NCBI RefSeq assembly: GCF_963921235.1 | Contig: NC_086097.1 | Location: 71,674,001 to 71,738,000, forward strand | Origin: Mobula hypostoma | Taxonomy: Eukaryota | Direction: 5' to 3' | DNA: 64,000 bases | Shown here: positions 12,101 through 26,700 of the stretch, one piece after another | Numbering within the stretch: position 1 is the first letter of the stretch | How the letters are laid out: every line of letters starts with the position of its first letter | Position numbers and translations under genes: made by a program | Notes under the pieces: generated by a model | Told to the model about the DNA's origin: nothing | The model's input: the letters and a program-made list of their open reading frames with translations, nothing else | Database searches by the model: none

Positions 12101-13939
12101 GATTTTGTCTTTGACAACAGTGCCTTGAATCCTGGCAGCAGTCACGTGGCAGTCTACTCCACAGAACAAAGCGAGCCACCGAAGTAACAGTGATACCCTT
12201 TGATAATCTGGATGATAGCTTTGAAAAAGAACATTAAGAAGAACACCTGGGCCTGCATATACACACCATGTGACAGGAAATGAGACACAGCAGTCCTTTG
12301 GGTCTTTTGAAACCATGCCTCTACTGCTTGAATTACTCGAGAGAAACTTGGCTGAGTAGTTGTTGTGCTGGTTTGCAGACTCGTGCATCAGGGCACAGAG
12401 CCCATGTCGACAGCTACCTGGCAAGCAGCTGTGGAAAAAGAAACAGACAGGTAGATGCATCCAAACCATACCCTCTTGTCCAGACTGTCTGTGTGTGAAT
12501 AAAATCAGTTTAATCCATTGTCACAAAGAAGAAACAATTCTTCCTCATCAATAATTCGAGTTCCACCTGTTTCTTAATGCTGCATTGTCCAACTGACCAC
12601 AGTGTGATAATAAAAAATCTATGCAAATAAGTGTTTCAAGCAGTATTACTAGATCAAACTATTAAAAGAGATTAAAATAGTAGCACTTACTCTCAAGGTT
12701 TCCTATCCATTTTCCATGTGCCTTTGCCTTACCTGACATGTCTGTAGCACGGATAGTGGGTAGATGCTGACTTTCACTGGAAGGGTCTGCTAGTAGCTTT
12801 GAGAGACAAATTTTGAGGTCCCTTCTCTATTGATCACATGCTATTCCATAAATTTTGCACACTGTTTGGTATGAAACCAAGAGACGGCGTAGTTGCACCA
12901 TTACTGATTTCATGGACTTGAACTATAAACTGTTGTTAGAGGTCAGCAGATCAGGCAGCATTCATGCAGGTTGACTTTTCGGATCGTTTCCCTGCATTTG
13001 TCCTAAACATCCACTTGCTTCACAGATGCTGCTTGACAAACTGTTTTTCTTTTCAGCTGTTTATTGTTTTGCTCTAGATATATTGCACTCTTAATTCTCT
13101 TGTCTTTTCAATCTACTGACTTCCCTGCACTGCCTGACCAGGTTGAAATTTTTGCGTATTTAAAATGAAAAAGGGTCAAGGATAAGGTTGTGGCAGAGGT
13201 TGGGGAAAATAAGAGAGGCAGGCTTACATCAACTTCAGTCTGAAAATGCAAAGGCTATGAGGTGAGGTAGTGGAATTGAATAAGGATTGGGCTGTGAATA
13301 CTGTCACTGATGATAGTTTTAGGTGACACATCTGAATTTGGCCTCTTCCATGAGGAGTTAGGAGATGATGGCTTGCCTGAAATCTCTGGTTACGTACTGC
13401 CTGGCTGAATTTTCCCGTTCCTTGTTCCGGATGAAATTAGGTACCTGTCCATATGTAATGCGCACGGGTGATGTGACTTAGCTCCCAGTACTTGCAGTGT
13501 GAAAAATTTGGGTCCGAGGCTTGAAGTGTATGAGAGTGGTTGGATGCATTTGGGTGTTGAATGTGCATTTTGGGGATAGAGACTGTTGACAGGCAAGTGA
13601 TGGTGTGTGGTGAATAGGGTAATGCATGTTTGTGGTAAGCTTGGTGGGAGATGATCATTGAAGATACATTCAATCATCTTGACCACATATGAGGTGACTG
13701 AGCTTCTGTCAGCATGCAGGTCACTAAACTCTGGCTGCTAGAAATAACTTCTAGGACCACTTGCTCTTTTTTTTTTAATCTTCTCCATTCAGGTCCTAAG
13801 AACAGCGTTGGAAAATTGGATTCCTCATTCTCTAATGCATCACTCCTCTTATTTTCCAAGGCCCATTTCAGTTGCAGCACTAGCTCCCAAAACAACACTC
13901 TACCTTTTTAAAAAGTGAAGGCTAGCTGTAACTGAAGTA

Positions 13940-14445
13940 ATACACACAACACTGGAAGAACTCAGCAGGTCAGATAGCACCTACGGAGGGAAATAAGCAG
14001 TCAAAGTTGTAGGCAGAGACCTTCATCCGGGCTGAAAGAAAGAGATAGAAGCCAGAATAAAAAGATGGGGGGAGGGGAAGCTGGAAGATGATGTGAAACC
14101 ACGTGAGGGAGAAGGTGGGTGAGTGGTAAAGAGGGAAGAAAACGAATGATGTACGAAGCAGGAAGGGGATAGGTGGAAGGGGGATAGGGCTAAAGAAGTA
14201 GAAGGAATCTGATAGTACAGGACAGTGGACCATGGAATAAGGGGAAAGAGGCAGGGAACCAAATGAGCAGGTCATGAGAGTGGGGGGAAGGGGAAGAAAA
14301 GTAGTGAGAAGGCCATCAGAATTCTGCTACCTTCCTTTCCAGACCTGATGAAGGGTCTCGGCCCAAAACATGAACTGTTTATTCATTTCTGTAGATGCTG
14401 CCCGACCTGCTGAGTTCCTCCATCATTTTGTGTGCGTTGCTTCAA
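13940..14445. mobile_element. Penelope-like non-autonomous fold-back element (inverted pLTR arms)
   Basis: Minus pLTR at ~13940-14320 and plus pLTR end at ~14325-14445 containing cctgatgaagggtctcggcccaaaac...gatgctgcccgacctgctgagttcctcc. Confidence 0.8.
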
Positions 14446-15032
14446 TTAAACCTAGCCTTCATCATTTAAATTGGTAGAATGCTGTTCTTGCGTCTGGAGA
14501 ATCTCGTGTCTCAGCACTAGATGAGGGTTTGTTTTAAATGATCCTACAACTCATGACCCCCTGTTGCAGTCCTGTGCCAATGAACTCTGTGGTTGGCACT
14601 GGCTGGTTGCTACAGTCATTGCAGGAAGCAGGAAAGATGAAATTGCTAGACTGTCTGCATTCCCATGAGAATGTATGGGTTAACAGAGTACCAACATCTT
14701 CATGCAGAGATTTTGAGTCTAAATCACTTTTGGTTTTATAAAACTGATATCTGAAAGTGAATCAGGACATTATTATTATTGAAGGGAAATGTTATGAAGC
14801 ACAAATATTTTGTATTCAGCTTTTACTTTGTTTCATTCCTGCAATACCTTCTCAGAAATATTTAAGCAGGTGATCATTAACTGAATGACTGAGGCACTGG
14901 AGGCCATCAAGGGATGGAGAGACACTTGTAACTGTTATCCTCCATCATGTCTGATGCTTTAATTGCAGATACTGGGCTAGATGCTGTTCTAGAAACCCTG
15001 CAGAATTTCTTATATTCCATATTGGATGTAAC

Positions 15033-15420
15033 AGAATCAGATTAAATATCACCGGCATACGTTGTGAAGTTTATTAACTTTATGGCAGCGGTACAATGAA
15101 ATACATGATAAATAAATATACAGAAAAAAAACTGAGTGACATTAAGTATGTATATGTCTATAGTTAAGTTAAAATAAGTAGTGTGAAATACAGAAATAAA
15201 AAAGCAGTGAGGTTGTGTACATGGATTCACTCTGCATTTAGACATCAGATGGTAGAGGGGAAGAAACTGTTCCTGAATCGCTGAGTGTGTGCCTTCAGGC
15301 TCCTGTACCTCCTTCCCAACAGTATCAGTGTGAAGAGGGAATGTCCTGGGTGTCGGTAATCCCTAATGATGGACACCTCCTTCCTAAGGCACCGGTCCTT
15401 GAAGATATATTGGATACAAT
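15033..15420 (-). mobile_element. Rex1/Babar LINE 3' fragment
   Basis: (AATCAG) tail and a segment homologous to 62026-62470 (..YRSLKAHTQRFRNSFFPS). Confidence 0.8.
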
Positions 15421-17524
15421 GGATATAACTAGCATAATTCCAAAAACAAATACATTATTTATGTATAATTTAAAGGCTGAAGTAAATTATTTCAAGTCTG
15501 TCAGATGTACTGATGGGAAAACTCTTTGATGCTGTGCTGTATAAACCTTAAACACATTAAAGCTTCTTCTTGTCACAGAATAAGGGAGGACCAGCAAACG
15601 CAATCCTCAGGCTACAGCACAGAATGAACATTAACTGAGATCTTCAGCAGCACTTGGAAGAAAGTCACTTAAAAAAGGATTATGCTGAACCAGTTGTGGG
15701 ATGTATTTGCACATCGAGAACCTCAATAGCACAAGGAAAAATATTTCACTACAATTATATTAAACAGGATACATAAATCAAAAAGATTAACTACTGTGAC
15801 CTCAAACAAGAGCAGCTGCAGTGAAAGATTCTCCATGATCCCACAGGCAACATTATGATGACCATCATTAAAAAGTGAGGAAAGGGAGAGTGCAAAATGC
15901 AGTGCAAATGGTATAAAATCTTCCCTCAGTCAATATCTCCCACGTGTATAAATCAGGCAATCCTATAGAAATTCTTTCACTAAAATATCAATGCACGGAT
16001 CCTCCAAAATGTTTTACTGCCTCTGTCAGGAGGGGTGTCATTTTCCAAGCTTGGGTAAGAGACCAGGACCTCCTACTGTAAGCATGACTTATAGAAATAT
16101 TATAAGCCTGCTATCAATGGTCTTCTGACCCCTGAAATCATTGCTGCTAGTTTTTGTTTTACTTGGAAAACTCTCTCTAAATGTCTCTCTTATATTCTTT
16201 TCAGAGCTTTGCCTGCAGCCTTACTGACTCTTTATGAATATGCTGGTAAATGGCATTCATTTTATTCATAGTGCCTGTAAGAAGGAATAAAAGAATTATA
16301 TTTTTAGGATGGGATGGATTTTGATTTGTAGGCTTTATGTTTTAAAACGAGCAAAACTTTTTTCATACCGACACCACAGAGAATTTTTTTCCTATCAACA
16401 ACTGAGAGGGGAGATAAAAGAACCTATCTGATTTTCACTACTCATGTCAGGAAATCTCAGTTAAAATGAATTAGAGGGTGACAAATCAAGCTGATTACAA
16501 TGTAATGGGATGAGATCCATTTTTGTCAGAAAGCAGACATTAATGTCATGGCGGATGTCAATGTTGGCTGAATCAGCAAAGTTATTAAAGGCATGACATA
16601 CTCAAATACTACAGGAAGAACTTCTTATTTATCTAGCTGTGTGGTTTTATAGTGGATCGATTCAATAAAGTGGCAGTTTGTTCTTATAACTAATTAGTTA
16701 ATGAAACTTTTGTTCCTTGGAGAAGATATCAAGTAGCTGTGACCACGGGGTTTGAAGCATTTGGTGCAACATTTCCGTAGTGCAGCCTCTGTACGGGGAA
16801 TCACCAAGAAGGTTTTCAATCTCCTACAAACATCCGAGAAACACATTCATATATACTGTAAGCTGCAATTCATTGAAATTAAATAAGAAAGGGCCTGCTA
16901 TGAACAAGCAGAGATTATTTTGTTCAGAATTTAAATAGTACTTATATCTTGCTTGTATCAATGCTGCACTTGGTAAGGAACAACTAATTTTAATTATTGT
17001 TTTGCAGATTTATGCTGTATGAAGTATTATGGACTTGCATATGGAAAAGGAGAATGATGTCTGACAAATATATTTGACAATTGTATTTGGAATTCCAAAA
17101 GGCATTTGGTGTCTTGTAAGAGATTATACCAGAAGAGAAATTATGGAGAATAATGTTTTGACATGCATTGAGAAGGTGATGCTGAGAAAAAAAATCAGAG
17201 AATAAGAATAATTGGGTATTTTTCAAGTTGCAAGCTGTAACTAGGTGGGTGCTTCAGGGATCTAAGCTGGATCTTTGACTATTTACCATTTATTTTAATG
17301 GTTAGACTAAGGGGATAGTGATCTTAATTCTTGATTGCTAAAAATAAAAGGATTGGTGTAAAAGTAGGTTGTGAGGAGGGCATAAAACTGTAGAGAATGT
17401 AGACAAGTTGGATTGGCTGAAATCATGGAATACATTGTGAGAAATGTGCAGTTGTCTACTTTGATGCGAAGGATGGAAGTTTTAATGGCATGAGATAAAT
17501 ACAGGCCAGACTTCAGAGAAATTG

Positions 17525-18143
17525 AGTATTGAATATAAGAGCTAGAGTGTTATGATGAGGTTGTATAAGGCATTGGTGAGGCCAAATCTGGAGTACTGTG
17601 TTCAGTTTTGGTCACCAAATTACAGGAAGGATATAAATAAGGTTGAAAGAGTGCAGAGAAGGTTTACAAGGATGTTGCCGGGACTTGAGAAACTCAGTTA
17701 CAGAGAAAGGTTGAATAGGTTAGGACTTTATTCCCTGGAGCGTAGAAGAATGAGGGGAGATTTGATAGAGGTATATATAATTATGATGGGTATAGATAGA
17801 GTGAATGCAAGCAGGCTTTTTCCACTGAGGCAAGGGGAGAAAAAAACCAGAGGACATGGGTTAAGGGTGAGGGGGGAAAAGTTTAAAGGGAACATTGGGG
17901 GGGGGGCTTCTTCACACAGAGAGTGGTGGGAGTATGGAATGAGCTGCCAGATGAGGTGGTAAATGCAGGTTCTTTATTAACATTTAAGAATAAATTGGAC
18001 AGATACATGGATGGGAAGTGTATGGAGGGATATGGTCCGTGTGCAGGCCAGTGGGACTAGGCATAAAATGGTTCAAAACAGCCAAGAAGGGCCAAAAGGC
18101 CTGTTTCTGTGCCGTAGTTTTTCTATGGTTTCTATGGTTTCTA
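17525..18143 (+). mobile_element. Young CR1 3' fragment inserted in older CR1 debris (~17040-18420)
   Basis: LYKALVRPNLEYCVQFWSPNYRKDINKVERVQRRFTRMLPGL; tail (GGTTTCTAT)n; near-identical to 30212-30993. Confidence 0.93.
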
Positions 18144-18469
18144 AATCGGGCTGTCATCTTAAACGAAACACCAAAAGTTAATATGCGTGCACAGCAAGTA
18201 AATAGGAAGACAAAGTGAATGATAGCTCTAACTGCAGGAGGATGGAATACAATGGTGGTGGTCTTGTTGCATCTGGAGCACTATATAGCAATATAGCATC
18301 CTTGTTTAAGGATATCATCCTTACTAGAGGCAGAGCAGTGAAGATTCTGCTGGTATATTCCTTGATTGAGATGGTTGGCTGGTGCTAATGATTGAACAGA
18401 TTGGACCTGATTGTTAAGATGCTGCCCGATAACTGGTGACTCTTTACATGCAGCTCTGATGGGAATCAT

Positions 18470-21400
18470 TAGATATTCCCATTTAGGACCAATATCCTGG
18501 CAGGGAGGTTTGCAAAGGCTATGGGGGAGTGTTTAAACTAGAATTGCTGGGGGTGGGAACCGAACTGAAGTGACAGAGGAAGGGTAGTTTGGCTCACAAA
18601 TAGAGAAAGCTTGGAGACAGTGCAAGAGGGAGGATAGGCAGGTGATAGAGAATGGTTTGAGATGTGTCTATTTTAATGCAAGGAGTATTATGAACCATGC
18701 GGATGAGTTTAGAGTGTGGATCAGCATTTGGAGCTATGATGTTGTGGCCATTACAGAGACTTAGATGGTTCAGGGGCAGGAATGGCTACTTCAAGTGCCA
18801 GGCTTTAGATGTTTCAGAAAGGACAGGGAGGGAGGCAAAAGAGGTGGGGGCATGGCACTGTTGATCAGCGATAGTGTCATGACTGCAGAAAAAGAGGAAG
18901 TCATGGAGGGGTTGTCTACACAGTCTCTGCGGGTGGAAGTTAGGAAAAGGAAGGGGTGAATAACTCTACTGGGTTTTTTTTTTGCAGACCACCCAATAGT
19001 AACAGGGACATCGAGGAGCAGATAGGGAGACAGATTCTGGAAAAGAGTAATAATAACAGGGTTGTTGTGGTGGGAAATTTTAATTTCCCAAATATTGATT
19101 GGCATCTCCCTAGAGTGAGGGGTTCAGATAGGGTGGAGTTTGTTAGGTGTGTTCAGGAAGGTTTCTTGACACAATATGTAGATAAGCCTACAAGAGGAGA
19201 GGCTGTACTTGATCTGGTAATGGGAAAGGAACCTGGTCAGGTATCAGATCTCTCAGTGGGAGAGCATTTTGGAGATAATGATCACAATTCTATTTCCTTT
19301 ATTATAGCATTGGAGAGGGATAGGAACAGAAACGTTAGGGAAATGTTAACTAGAGTAAGGGGACTTATGAGGCTATCAGTCTGGAACTTGGAAGCATAAA
19401 TTGGAAACGGATGTTCTCAGGGAAATGTATGGAAGAAATGTGGCAAATGTTCAGGGGATACTTGCGTGGGATTCTGCATAGGTACGTTCCAATGAGACAT
19501 GGAAAGGATGGTTGGGTACAGGAACCATGGTGTACAAAGACTGTTGTAAATCTAGTCAAGAAGAAAAGAAGAGCTTATGAAAGGTTCAAAAAACTAGGTA
19601 ATGGTAGAGATCTAGAAGATTATAAGCTTAGCAGGAAGGAGCTGAAGAATGAAATTAAGAGAGCCAGAAGGGGCCATGACCCCAAGGCATTCTACCAGTA
19701 TGTGAAGAGCACAAGGATAAGTCGTGAGAGAATAGGACCAATCAAGTGTGACAGTGGAAAAGTGTGTATGGAACCGGAGGAGATAGCAGAGGTACTTAAT
19801 AAATACTTTGCTTCAGTATTCACTATGGAAAAGGATCTTGGTGATTGCAGGAACAACTTACAGCGGACGGAAAAGCTTGAGCATGTAGATATTAGATATT
19901 AAGGAAGAGAATGTTCTGGAGCATTTGAAAACCTTCAAGTTGGATAAGTCACTCGGACCTGACAAGATGTACCCCAGGCTACTGTGGGAAGTGAGGGAGG
20001 AGGTCGCTGAGCCTCTGGCGATGATCTTTGCATCATCAATGAGGACAGGAGAGGTTCCAGAGGATTGGGGGAGGGGGTTGCAAATGTTGTTCCCTTATTC
20101 AAGAAAGGGAGTAGATATAGCCCAGGAAATTATAGACCAGTGAGTCTTACTTCATGGGTTGGTAAATTGATGGAGAAGATCCTGAGAGACAGAACTTATG
20201 AACATTTAGAGAGGCATAATATGATTAGGAATAGTCAGCGTGGTTTTGTCAAAGGCAGGCCGTGCCTTACAAGCCTGATTGAATTTTTTGAGGATGTGAC
20301 TAAACACATTGATGAGGTTAGAGCCATAGATGTAGTGTATATGGATTTTAACAAAGCAGTTGATAAAGTACCCCATGCAAGACTTATTGAGAAAGTAAGG
20401 AGGCACGGGATCCAAAGGATAATTGCTTTGTGGATCAAGAACTGGCTTGCCCACAGAAGGCAAAGAGTGGTTGTAGACAGGTCATATTCTGCATGGAGGT
20501 TGGTGACCAGTGGTGTGCCTCAGAGATCTGTTCTGGGACCCCTACTCTTTGTGATTTTTATAAATGACCTGAATGAGGAAGTGGAGGGATGGATTAGTAA
20601 ATATGCTGATGACACAAAGGTTGGGGGTGTTGTGGATAGTGTGGAGGGCTGTCAGAGATTACAGCGGGATATTGATAGGATGCAAAACAGGGTTGAGAAG
20701 TTCCAGATGGAGTTCAACACAGATAAGTGTGTGATGGTTTATTTTGGTAGGTTCAGTATGATGGCAGAATATAGTACTAATGATAAGACTCTTAGAAGCG
20801 TGGAGGATCAGCGGGATCTTGGTGTCCAAGTCCATAGTCATACGGTGCATTGGCCTTCATCAGCCGTAGGATTGAGTTTAAGAGCCAGGAGGCAATGTTG
20901 CAGCTATATAAGACCCTGGTCAGACCCCACTTGGAGTACTGTGCTCAGTTCTGGTCGCCTCACTACAGGAAGGATGTGGAAACCATAGAAAGGGTGCAGA
21001 GGAGATTTACAAGGATGTTGCCTGGATTGGGGGGCATGCCTTATGAGAATAGGTTGAGAGAACTAGGCCTTTTCTCCTTGGAGTGACAGAGGATGAGAGG
21101 TGACCTGATGGAGCTGTACAAGATGATGAGAGGCATTAATCATGTGGATAGTCAGAGGCTTTTTTCCCAGGGCTGAAATGGCTAGCACGAGAGGGCACAG
21201 TTTTAAGGTGTTTGGAAGAAGGTACAGAGGAGATGTCAGGGTAAGTTTTTTACGTAGAAAGTGGTGAGTGCGTGGAATGGGCTGCTGGTGGCGGTGGTGG
21301 AGGTGGAAATGATAGGGTCTTTTAAGAGACTCCTGGACAGGTACATGGAGCTTAGAAAAATAGAGGGCTATGGGTAAGCCTAGGTAGTTCTGAGATAAGG

Positions 21401-21473
21401 ACATGTTCGGCACAGCTTTGTGGGCTGAAGGGCCTGTACTGTGCTGTAGGGTTTCTATGTTTCTATGTTTCTA
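18470..21473 (+). mobile_element. CR1 LINE: end of ORF1 plus nearly full, disrupted ORF2
   Basis: TNILAGRFAKA (end of ORF1), YFNARSI and DVVAITET (APE), NYRPVSLTS, KYADDTKVGG, tail (TTTCTATG)n; same subfamily as 5433-7885. Confidence 0.95.
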
Positions 21474-21659
21474 CTACCGCAGATGAAATCCACAGTCACA
21501 GACATGGGCACTTCAGCAAGCAACATTGTTTTAAGGCATTGAAAAAACCTATTCATACTCAAACTTGGCGGACCCTGGACTGTAGACTTAGGGTCACACG
21601 TGCATTACCCCTTTAAGAAAATGTAAGCACAGAAGCCGATCCAGCCTGCAGGTACAATA

Positions 21660-22920
21660 GAAACATAAAGACTTTAGAACCCTTCTCCTGACTATTCTGC
21701 TGGTGAATATAGAGTCTCTGGAAAATAAAACTGGAAATTTTAGAGGAAGATTGCAATACCAGGGAAAGATCAGAGACTGCTGTGACTTTGTCTCATGAAA
21801 CGTGGCTCATTGGTGCCATTTTGGATTCTGCAGTTGTAGCACGATGGCGTCACCATTCTCTGCAAAGACAGAACAGTTCAGTCTTTTAAAGGTAGAGGAG
21901 GTGGAGTATGCTTTATGATTAACTCATCGTGATGCACAGATGTGGTGAATCTGTCTGAATCCTGCTCACCTGAGCTGGAACGTCCTGCAATCAAATGTTG
22001 CTCATTTTATCTGCTGAGGGAGTTCTCTGCCGTCATCCTGGTAGCTGTGTACATTCCACCTCAGGCCAACATCAGGTAGGCATTGGAGGAGCTGAGTACT
22101 GTAATCAACAGTCCTGAAACAGTGCACCCCAATACCTTCTTATCATTGTTGGGGATTTCAACCAGGCCAGCTTGAAGAAGTTCCTGAACAATTACCACCA
22201 ACATATCACCTATGGAGCCAGAGAAGCCAATATACGTGACCGCTGTCATCAAGATACTTATCATGTCATCCCACACCCACTCTTTAGAAAGTCCAATCAC
22301 CTGGTTGTATTCCTATTCCCGACACATTGGCAAAGACTGAAGGCTGCAGCACCGGTGGTGAGAACGAAGAAATATTTTCAGTGGAGACTGAAGACCACTT
22401 ACAGGACTGCTTTGGACAATATTCAGGGATTCATCTTCGAAACTGAATGAATATGCCACAGTTGACACCGACTTCATGAAGACCTGTGTGGATGAATGTG
22501 TGCCTTTGAGAACATACTGGACTTACTCAAGCCAGAAATCGTGGATGATCCAAGAGAATCATAGTCTATTGAGGGTTAAATCCGCAGCACTCAAGACCAA
22601 TGATCCACAACTATACATGGAGTCCAACTAAGACTTTAAAAAGGCAATTTTAAGAGTGAAAAAAACAATTCTGATTGAAGTTAGAGACAGAATTAGATGA
22701 ACATCAGCTCTGGCAGGATATATGGGACATTACTTCCTGCAAAACAAAACTTAATATCACGAATGGCTGTGATGCTTCACTCCTAATTGAGCTGAACGCC
22801 GGTTATGCACATTTTGAAAATGAGAATAAAACTGCACCTGTGCAAATCCCTACAGCATCTGGTGACACTGTGATCTCTGTCTCAGAGGCCGACGTCAGAA
22901 CACCTTTCAAGCGGGTGATC
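21660..22920 (+). mobile_element. Rex1/Babar LINE, degraded endonuclease region
   Basis: TILLVNIESLENK, KGRGGGVCFMIN, REFSAVILVAVYIPPQAN, GDFNQA, ELNAGYAHFE. Confidence 0.8.
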
Positions 22921-23287
22921 CTTCTGATTCTGACCTGTACCTTCTGGATTTTAGAATGAGAGGTGTTCAGTGGGGATGACTAGGGATATCTTTGAATGGA
23001 AGAGCATAGTGTCTGCATAAAGTCCTCCGAGGATTGTGAATCTTTGGAATTCTTATCTAGAGAACTGTGGTTGATGTGTTATTAAGTATATTAAAGATTG
23101 AGATAGATTTTTGGACAATGTGAAACATAAACCTGGCAAGGAAATGTGACAGCACAGAACACATAGCCACAATCTAACTGAAAGGTACAGCCGGTTTGAG
23201 GGACATTGAATTTTATTCCAGCCCCTGCTTCTTGTGTGCTTTATAGAAGTCATGGGCACAACAGCAGATTTTGTGAATCATGCATTG

Positions 23288-23982
23288 TAAGACCATAAGA
23301 CCATTAGGCATAGGAGCAGAATTCGGCCATTTGGCCCATCAAGGCTACTCGCCATTCAATCATGTCTGATCCTTTTCCCCCTCCTCAACCCCATTCCCTG
23401 GCCTTCTCTCCATAACCTTTGGTGCCATGTCCAATCCCTGCCTTAAATACACCCAACCATCTGGCCTCTGCAGCTGCCTGTGGTAACAAATTCCACAAAT
23501 TCACCACCTCCTGGCTGAAGAAATTTCTCCACATCTCTGTTTTAAATGGACACCCCTCTATTATGAGGCTGTGCCCTCTTGTCCTAGATTCCCCTACCAT
23601 GGGAAACAGCCTTTCCACATCTACTCTGTCTAAGCCTTTCAACGTTCGAAAGATTTCAATGAGATTCCCCCTCATCCTTCTAAATTCCAGCAAGTACAGA
23701 CTCAGATTCATCAAACGTTCCTCACATGATAACCCTTTCATTCCCAGAAACACCCTTGTGAGCTTTCTCTGAACCCCCTCCAATGCTAGCACATCTTTTC
23801 TTAGATGAGAAGCCCAAAACTGTTCACAATACTCAAGGTGAGGCCTCACCAGTGCCTTATAAAGCCTCATTCCTGCTCTTCTATTCTAGACCTCTTGAAA
23901 TGAATGCTAACATTGCATTTACCTTCCTCACCACTGACTCAACCTGCAAGTTAACCTTTAGGATGTTCTGCACAAGGACTCC
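23288..23982 (-). mobile_element. CR1 3' fragment
   Basis: ORF 23385-23870 LYKALVRPHLEYCEQFWASHLRKD...NFFSQEVVNLWN; tail (TCTTATGG)n. Confidence 0.92.
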
Positions 23983-25822
23983 AGTGCCTAGCAGTAACAG
24001 ATATGTCTGATAAAGGTCACATTGTATTCATCTGTCAAAACGTTCATGGTTTACATGGCTATCCTAAAGATACACCAAACTAATGCTCTTCAGCACTTCA
24101 GTTCAAGAATTAGACACAGAAGTTCACTGTATTATAGATTTCAAAGTCAAATCAAAATCATGTATGCACAAGTATAATTGAAAACTTGTTTTCAGCAGCA
24201 TTGCAGGCACATAGCATCAGATGAGGAGCATTCACAAGAAAAAACATGAATGTAACATAAATAATACAGAATTTTTTTTACAAAAGAAGAACACAAGTAG
24301 AACAATAAAATACAAGTCCATATTACAGCAACATTGTCAAAGTGGTCATAGTGTTGTTAAACTGTAGTAATTACTATTTTGCTGGGTGGTTCAAGTACTG
24401 AATATCTGAAGGCACAGTTGTCTGAACAGATTCTTCACTTTAAATGCTGGGGAAGCACCATGAGGGGTACATATCAGAGGGTAGTCAGGAAAATACTGGC
24501 AAACGTCTGTCAATAAAATCAGGTCTTCTATAGCCATACAAATACACATGAAAATGTAGAATTTGTTGATACATATTGCAGCAATGGCAGCAGTTCATTA
24601 TAAAAATCATAGCATTTTCCTGAAAAATTCAGTCAAATTTTCGAAAAAGAACTAACAAGACATAACAATGAGCTTGTTTTAAAAATCAAAGTGGCTTAAG
24701 ATAACAGGTTACCCAGAGATGGGTGATTGGGCACTCATTAGTAATGCCCATGTCGGGGATATACCCACTTTCAATTATTTTAATAAAACAGCAACCAATT
24801 ATATTTCCGGAACACATTAAAAGTAATTCTTTATAGAATAAAATAAAGAAACAATTCATTTTCATGCGATTCATGTGATCATGCTGTCTGTGCTGTGTTA
24901 GATTCTGTTACTTTTGTGATTCCAAAGCTGCAGGTGGATCAACAGCATAGATAAAGGAATATGTTTTAATTAAAAGAAAGAACGAATGCACTGCTACAGA
25001 TATTCTGAGTGAAAATTAATGGTTGAGGTATTTTACCCACAACTGCATAATTCAAATGCAGCTAAAAAAAATTCATCTGTACTCCAGAAAAAAAAAATTA
25101 GATCCGTTTTCCCTCCCAAGCACAGATTCTTATCTCCTTTTATAATTCCAAACATATTAAAATTTCAATGCATTTAGTCTGATAGATACTTTTAAGAAAC
25201 AGAACAATAATTCTCTCAGGGTTACTACCAATTTTGATGCTGGTTCCTGGATTTAGTTAAATCAATTCTGATTAAAATTCTGTGCAGGTTCAATATTCCA
25301 CTGAGACTGGAGATGAATGGCAGGCAGTGGTTGAGTAGAACAGCATGCTAACAAATGAGATCCTAGTGCTCCACAGAGGATGGAATAAATTACTTCACCA
25401 ATAGAAGTTATATCTTGATGACGGTAAATTAAATCTGCTAACTTAATAACTTAGCTTGTTATAATAAGTTGCTCAGCCTGAGCTATAGTAGCACACCGAA
25501 CTACATGAGTTTTAATGTTGAGTGGTGAACAAATGCATCAGCCTCACTCCAGACGTAGCTTTGAACTAATTTAAATGTCTGTATTGAGCTTCAGATCCAA
25601 TGGTACCTTTTACATTACATTGATTTTGCAAGTTAATAATTGCAGAGCTGTGTCACTTATTGGAGCTGTTTGGTTATAAAACCAAATAAACAAACTATTT
25701 CAAAAACAAAAGGTCATTAAAGAAAAGTGTTACTGCTGAAGTCTGGCTTAAATCATTTTGCTTTCAGTGAAGGATATAGCCCACCCATAGCATGATAAAT
25801 TTTAACAAATAACAAAAATATA

Positions 25823-26339
25823 TGCTGAGTGGCCACTTTATTAGGTACTCCAGTACACTTGCTCATTAATGCATAAACACATGCAGACATGGACAAGAGG
25901 TTCAGTTGTTGTTTAGGCCAAACATCAGAATGGGGAAGAAATGCGATCTATGTAACTTGGATTGTAGAATGATTGTTGGTGCCAGACAGGGTGGTTTGAG
26001 TATCTCAGAAAATTGCAGACCTCCTGGGATTTTCACGCCCAACTCTCTGGAGTTTACAGAGAAAGGAGCGGAAAACAAAATTCAACCCGTGTGTAGCAGT
26101 TCCATGGGCAAAACCGCCTTATTAGTAAGCAAGCTCAGAGGAGAATGGCCAGACTGGTTCAAGCTGACAGCATGGTGACAATAACCCCATGTTACAACAC
26201 TGGTGGGCAGAGGAACACCTCTGAACATACAACACATCAACCTTTGAAGTGGATGTGCTGTAGCAGCAGAAGACCATAGGCACTCTCTCAGTGGCTACTG
26301 TTAGGTTCAAGAAGTAGCTAATAAAATGGCCACTGAGTG
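25823..26339 (+). mobile_element. Tc1-derived MITE (copy 2)
   Basis: Same TIRs as 9498-10027; MGKKCDLCNLDCRMIVGARQGGLSISE. Confidence 0.88.
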
Positions 26340-26349
26340 AGAGCCCTTG

Positions 26350-26700
26350 TGAATCAGATTCAAGCTTATTGTCAATAACATTTGATGTTTTGTGACTTCA
26401 GTACATTGCAAGTATAATTAATTACAATCCCAATGAATTATATTGCAATTATTACTACAGTATATTACTAAGTTAGAATAAGAAATAAAATACATAAATA
26501 GTGCAAAAGGAAAATAGTGCGATAGGCTTCATGGGTTCAGAAATCTGATAGCGTAGGAAGAAACTGTTGAGTGTGTGTCCTCAGGCATGTGTCCCTCCTC
26601 TCAATAGTAGTAATGAGAAGAGGGTATGTCTGAGATTGTGAGTGTCCTTCACGATAGATGCCACCTTCTTGAGGCACCAGCATTTGAAGATACCCTTGAT
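26350..26700 (-). mobile_element. Rex1/Babar 3' fragment, back-to-back with the plus-strand copy
   Basis: aatcagattc tail and homology to 15033-15420. Confidence 0.65.

Noticed and set aside
20065..20988. 307-aa RT ORF as a functional gene
   Set aside because: Fragment of a CR1 ORF2 with neighbouring frameshifts, stops and internal deletions.
25439..25472. Short AT-rich hairpin
   Set aside because: Expected by chance in AT-rich sequence.
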